IMG/VR virus record: IMGVR_UViG_3300022554_000002
Coordinates: 130,474 to 194,473 of that record
Length of the DNA stretch: 64,000 nt
Source of the DNA: a virus
Strand: one strand, 5' to 3'
The position numbers and the translations under genes are program-made. Shown here one piece after another: positions 61,030 to 64,000 of the stretch (position 1 is the stretch's first letter; every line of letters starts with the position of its first letter). The notes under the pieces are model-generated. The model made no database searches. It saw nothing but the letters and a program-made list of their open reading frames with translations, and was not told the DNA's origin.

Positions 61030-61221
61030 GGACGCAATGGCACTGTGCCGCAAGTTGTAAGCCAAGTCGGGGAATATTTACGGCATCCCTAGAACCTAAG
61101 CGTCCTATAATTAAGTTCAATAATGTCAATGAGTTAAAACTTTAGTAATTCTTCTTGACTTTCAATTTTCAGTCTGTATAATATTAATAAGAGAAGACAA
61201 AAATTGAGAGGGAGATAAAAG

Positions 61222-63390
61222 ATGAAAGTTGAAGTCTCTACGGTTGAATGCGAACGGAACATTGAAGGTGAACACCGGCAAATGGGAATTAAAAGTCCGC
61301 GTGTCATTGTGGACTTCATGGTAAATAAGCTGTATACGCACAAAATCAAAGCTATCACTCAGGAAATTAGTTGTAATGCTCGTGATGCACATCGTGAGGC
61401 TGGTTGTGCTGACCGTCCTATTGAGATTACTGTTCCTAACGCTATGACTCCTTTCTTCTCTGTAAAGGATTATGGCATTGGAATGAATTATGAACGTCTT
61501 ACCAATATTTATCAGTTCATTGGTGAATCCAGCAAGCGTGAAACCAATGAACAAACTGGTGGGTTTGGTATTGGTGCTAAGTGTCCTTGGGCTTATTCCG
61601 ATGTGTTCACTACTGAAACGGTTGCTTGGGAGAACAGCAAAAAGCTCAAGCGAACCTTGGTTCTTCATCGTACTCCTGAAAATGATATTAGTTTTGACAT
61701 TATTTCCTGTGAAGAAACTAACGAACCTACTGGCACGATTGTCAAGGTTCCAGTTAAGGAAGGCGATTATGGTTCGTTCCTGACTGAAACTCTTCGTGCT
61801 ACGTCTATGTGGAATCCTAAGCCCATTATCAAGGGTGCAAAGGAAGGCGAAGATTTTGAATGGAAGAAGTTTGATGTTTACCTTGCTGGAACTAATTGGA
61901 CGATTTATAAGAATTACGGCGATTCGTCTGATTTTGTTATGAATTTTGATGGAGTTCCTTATCCCATTGATGATGCACGATTTACAGATAATGATTCTCG
62001 TATTCTTCGTAATATGGTGAATTATTCTGATAAGTGCTTTGTTGTTAATGCGAATGTTGGAGAAATTAACGTTGCTTTGAACCGCGAAGCGTTGGAATAT
62101 TCGGAAAAAACCATCACACATATTAAGAAAAATATTGATGATTGCTTGAAGAGTTTGAAGGAATTTGCAATTAATGATATTATGTGCAAACAGTCTCTTC
62201 TTGAGGCTATGAAGACGTTCCATGAACATCATTCGGTTTTGGGACAGTTTATTCCCGACGTTTTGGAGTGGGTTTCTCCTACTGGTGAAAAGATTACCAT
62301 TAATCCTGCAACCTACATTCATATCAAGGGTACTGTTTATTCATACTACATGAATTGGAAAGGTCGTCTGAAACGTAGCCGTAACCGGACGATTGACTTG
62401 AACCGCCCATTGCTGACGTGTAAAGATGCAATTACTAATAATACAGATTATGAACCTGCTCGTTCTCAGATTTTGGGAATGATGGATGCTCTTGGTCATA
62501 ATAATGATGAAAAAACTGTGCAGGTTATTACGTCCTATGATTCTACGGATGAAAACACAGTTAATATTCTTAAGCAGAACAATCTTACTACCATTGAAAG
62601 CTATCCCCGCCGAAAGAATAAGCCACGAACAACGGGTGGTGGCGTCAGTACTCCTGTAAATATTGCACTTTGTTGGCAAATTCAAAAGTATACCCTTGAA
62701 CCTATGCCGTCCAATGATTACACATGGTCTGATTTTACTGGCAAAGCATACGTTCTTAAGGACACTGCTACGCAGTTTAATCTTACTAATAAGCATGATA
62801 ACTCTCTTGACCGATATTATTCAGTATCATTGGCAACTCATTTGGGTTTTGATGAAATTTATGCCATTCGTGAAAAAGATGAACAACAAGCCATAAAGAA
62901 TGGCATGGTAAGACTTTATGATGTATTGGTGAAAAAACATTCTGCAATCAGTGAAAAAGTTCTTAGTAGCGAAGATTATGAATTTCTAGACTCTCATAAG
63001 ATGAAAACCTTCCTGCCCGTTTTTAATCCTAAGATGTTTACTGAGGAATTGTTTAAGAATGACAAACACATTCTTCATAAGTTTGTGACTTTGTTTAAAG
63101 AAGCGTCTGAAATTAAAAAGAATATGTCTAGTTCCAGATATGATTACTCAAATTACTTGCTGTCTTCTGATAAGATTCGTCTTAATAAGAAAAACAAGAA
63201 AAAAACTACTCTAACGTTTGGATTGAACGTGCTTTACAAGCGAATTACTAGGCAATATCCTATGCTGAAAGTCAATCCTAAGCTTTTCTCTACAAATAGC
63301 TATCATTATCATATGAATGCTGTCAAGGATACAATGTGCCACGCTATTCAATACGTTAAATTGATTGATAAAGTGGGAAAAAGTGCTTGA
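61222..63390 (+). CDS. rIIA: rIIA-like protein (GHKL ATPase N-terminal domain)
   Basis: EISCNARDAH, VKDYGIGM, GGFGIGAK, EPTG..VKVPV, LNREAL. Confidence 0.75.
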   Translation: MKVEVSTVECERNIEGEHRQMGIKSPRVIVDFMVNKLYTHKIKAITQEISCNARDAHREAGCADRPIEITVPNAMTPFFSVKDYGIGMNYERLTNIYQFIGESSKRETNEQTGGFGIGAKCPWAYSDVFTTETVAWENSKKLKRTLVLHRTPENDISFDIISCEETNEPTGTIVKVPVKEGDYGSFLTETLRATSMWNPKPIIKGAKEGEDFEWKKFDVYLAGTNWTIYKNYGDSSDFVMNFDGVPYPIDDARFTDNDSRILRNMVNYSDKCFVVNANVGEINVALNREALEYSEKTITHIKKNIDDCLKSLKEFAINDIMCKQSLLEAMKTFHEHHSVLGQFIPDVLEWVSPTGEKITINPATYIHIKGTVYSYYMNWKGRLKRSRNRTIDLNRPLLTCKDAITNNTDYEPARSQILGMMDALGHNNDEKTVQVITSYDSTDENTVNILKQNNLTTIESYPRRKNKPRTTGGGVSTPVNIALCWQIQKYTLEPMPSNDYTWSDFTGKAYVLKDTATQFNLTNKHDNSLDRYYSVSLATHLGFDEIYAIREKDEQQAIKNGMVRLYDVLVKKHSAISEKVLSSEDYEFLDSHKMKTFLPVFNPKMFTEELFKNDKHILHKFVTLFKEASEIKKNMSSSRYDYSNYLLSSDKIRLNKKNKKKTTLTFGLNVLYKRITRQYPMLKVNPKLFSTNSYHYHMNAVKDTMCHAIQYVKLIDKVGKSA

Positions 63391-63445
63391 CAAGTAACAT
63401 TGCAATCTGTATAATAATAACAATTAGAAAGGATGGCAAACTAAA

Positions 63446-64000
63446 ATGACTCTTAATGAGCTTAAGAAGATTTTTCCTAATGCCACAAATGACACGTGGC
63501 ATCGACACAGTAATGGTGGTGGTTGGGTACAGAATACAGCAAAGGTTGCTGATACTGCATACGTAGGTGAAAATGCACAAGTTTGTGATGATGCAGTAGT
63601 TTATGGTAATGCACAAGTTTATGGTAATGCACGAGTTTATGGTAATGCACGAGTTTTTGGTAATGCACGAGTTTATGGTAATGCACGAGTTTGTGATAAT
63701 GCACGAGTTTATGGTGATGCAGTAGTTTGTAATAACGCATTAGTTTGTGGTGATGCACAAGTTTATGGTGATGCACAAGTTTATGGTGATGCACGAGTTT
63801 ATGGTGATGCAGTAGTTTGTAATAACGCATTAGTTTGTGGTGATGCACAAGTTTATGGTGATGCACAAGTTTATGGTGATGCACGAGTTTATGGTGATGC
63901 ACAAGTTTATGGTGATGCACAAGTTTATGGTAATATGCAACTTATTGATAATAAGTGGGATTTCTCTCCCCTTAGTATCATTGGTTGCAAGTATACCATG
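63446..64000 (+). CDS. Hexapeptide-repeat protein, copy 2, truncated by window end (absent from ORF track)
   Basis: Manual translation: MTLNELKKIFPNATNDTW..., 20 hexapeptide units, then LIDNKWDFSPLSIIGCKYTM identical to copy 1. Confidence 0.9.
   Translation, partial: MTLNELKKIFPNATNDTWHRHSNGGGWVQNTAKVADTAYVGENAQVCDDAVVYGNAQVYGNARVYGNARVFGNARVYGNARVCDNARVYGDAVVCNNALVCGDAQVYGDAQVYGDARVYGDAVVCNNALVCGDAQVYGDAQVYGDARVYGDAQVYGDAQVYGNMQLIDNKWDFSPLSIIGCKYTM

Noticed and set aside
61162-62322. Long antisense ORFs (also 44127-44711, 47239-47955, 57638-58381, 62341-62796, 63477-63920 His-rich)
   Set aside because: Shadows of well-supported plus-strand genes; the His-rich ones are the reverse reading of the 18-bp repeats.
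57506-64000. Diversity-generating retroelement (TR/VR pair) suggested by two similar copies with A-position variation
   Set aside because: No reverse transcriptase in the window; both copies are promoter-bearing ORFs; variation is mostly A/G within tandem units, not A-to-N at a 3' variable region.

Overview
The window is part of a large, AT-rich tailed dsDNA phage genome; no cellular housekeeping context is visible. From left to right it holds four zones. (1) A late module on the minus strand (1-5904): terminase large subunit, cut by the window edge and missing from the ORF track, plus tail and tail-fibre genes. (2) A minus-strand DNA and nucleotide metabolism block with several glycosyltransferases (6-26 kb): class II RNR, DenV-like glycosylase, frameshifted thyX, a solo tnpB, guaC, a PRT, a dNMP kinase and MazG-like proteins. 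(3) A GC-rich beta-helix/polysaccharide-deacetylase segment on the plus strand (27-29 kb). (4) A long early region (29-64 kb) that diverges near 43.1 kb and is made of small genes, many with their own consensus sigma70-type promoter. Zone 4 encodes a UvrD-like helicase, a SprT-like protease, two HNH nucleases, two RNA ligases, bL12-like, Tad2-like and rIIA-like proteins, tRNA-Lys(UUU), tRNA-Leu(UAA) with a group I intron, and an atypical tRNA-Ile(UAU). The most unusual signals are non-coding. Three RNAs keep a tRNA acceptor stem and T-arm but carry large novel inserts; one resembles a miniature tmRNA. A five-copy, promoter-driven, G-rich element of about 70 nt has a covarying stem and is followed in two cases by TGTCA-N3-TGACA palindromes. 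The predicted tnpB guide matches a site in a hairpin just upstream of tnpB itself. All protein calls rest on motifs read by eye; no database searches were run.
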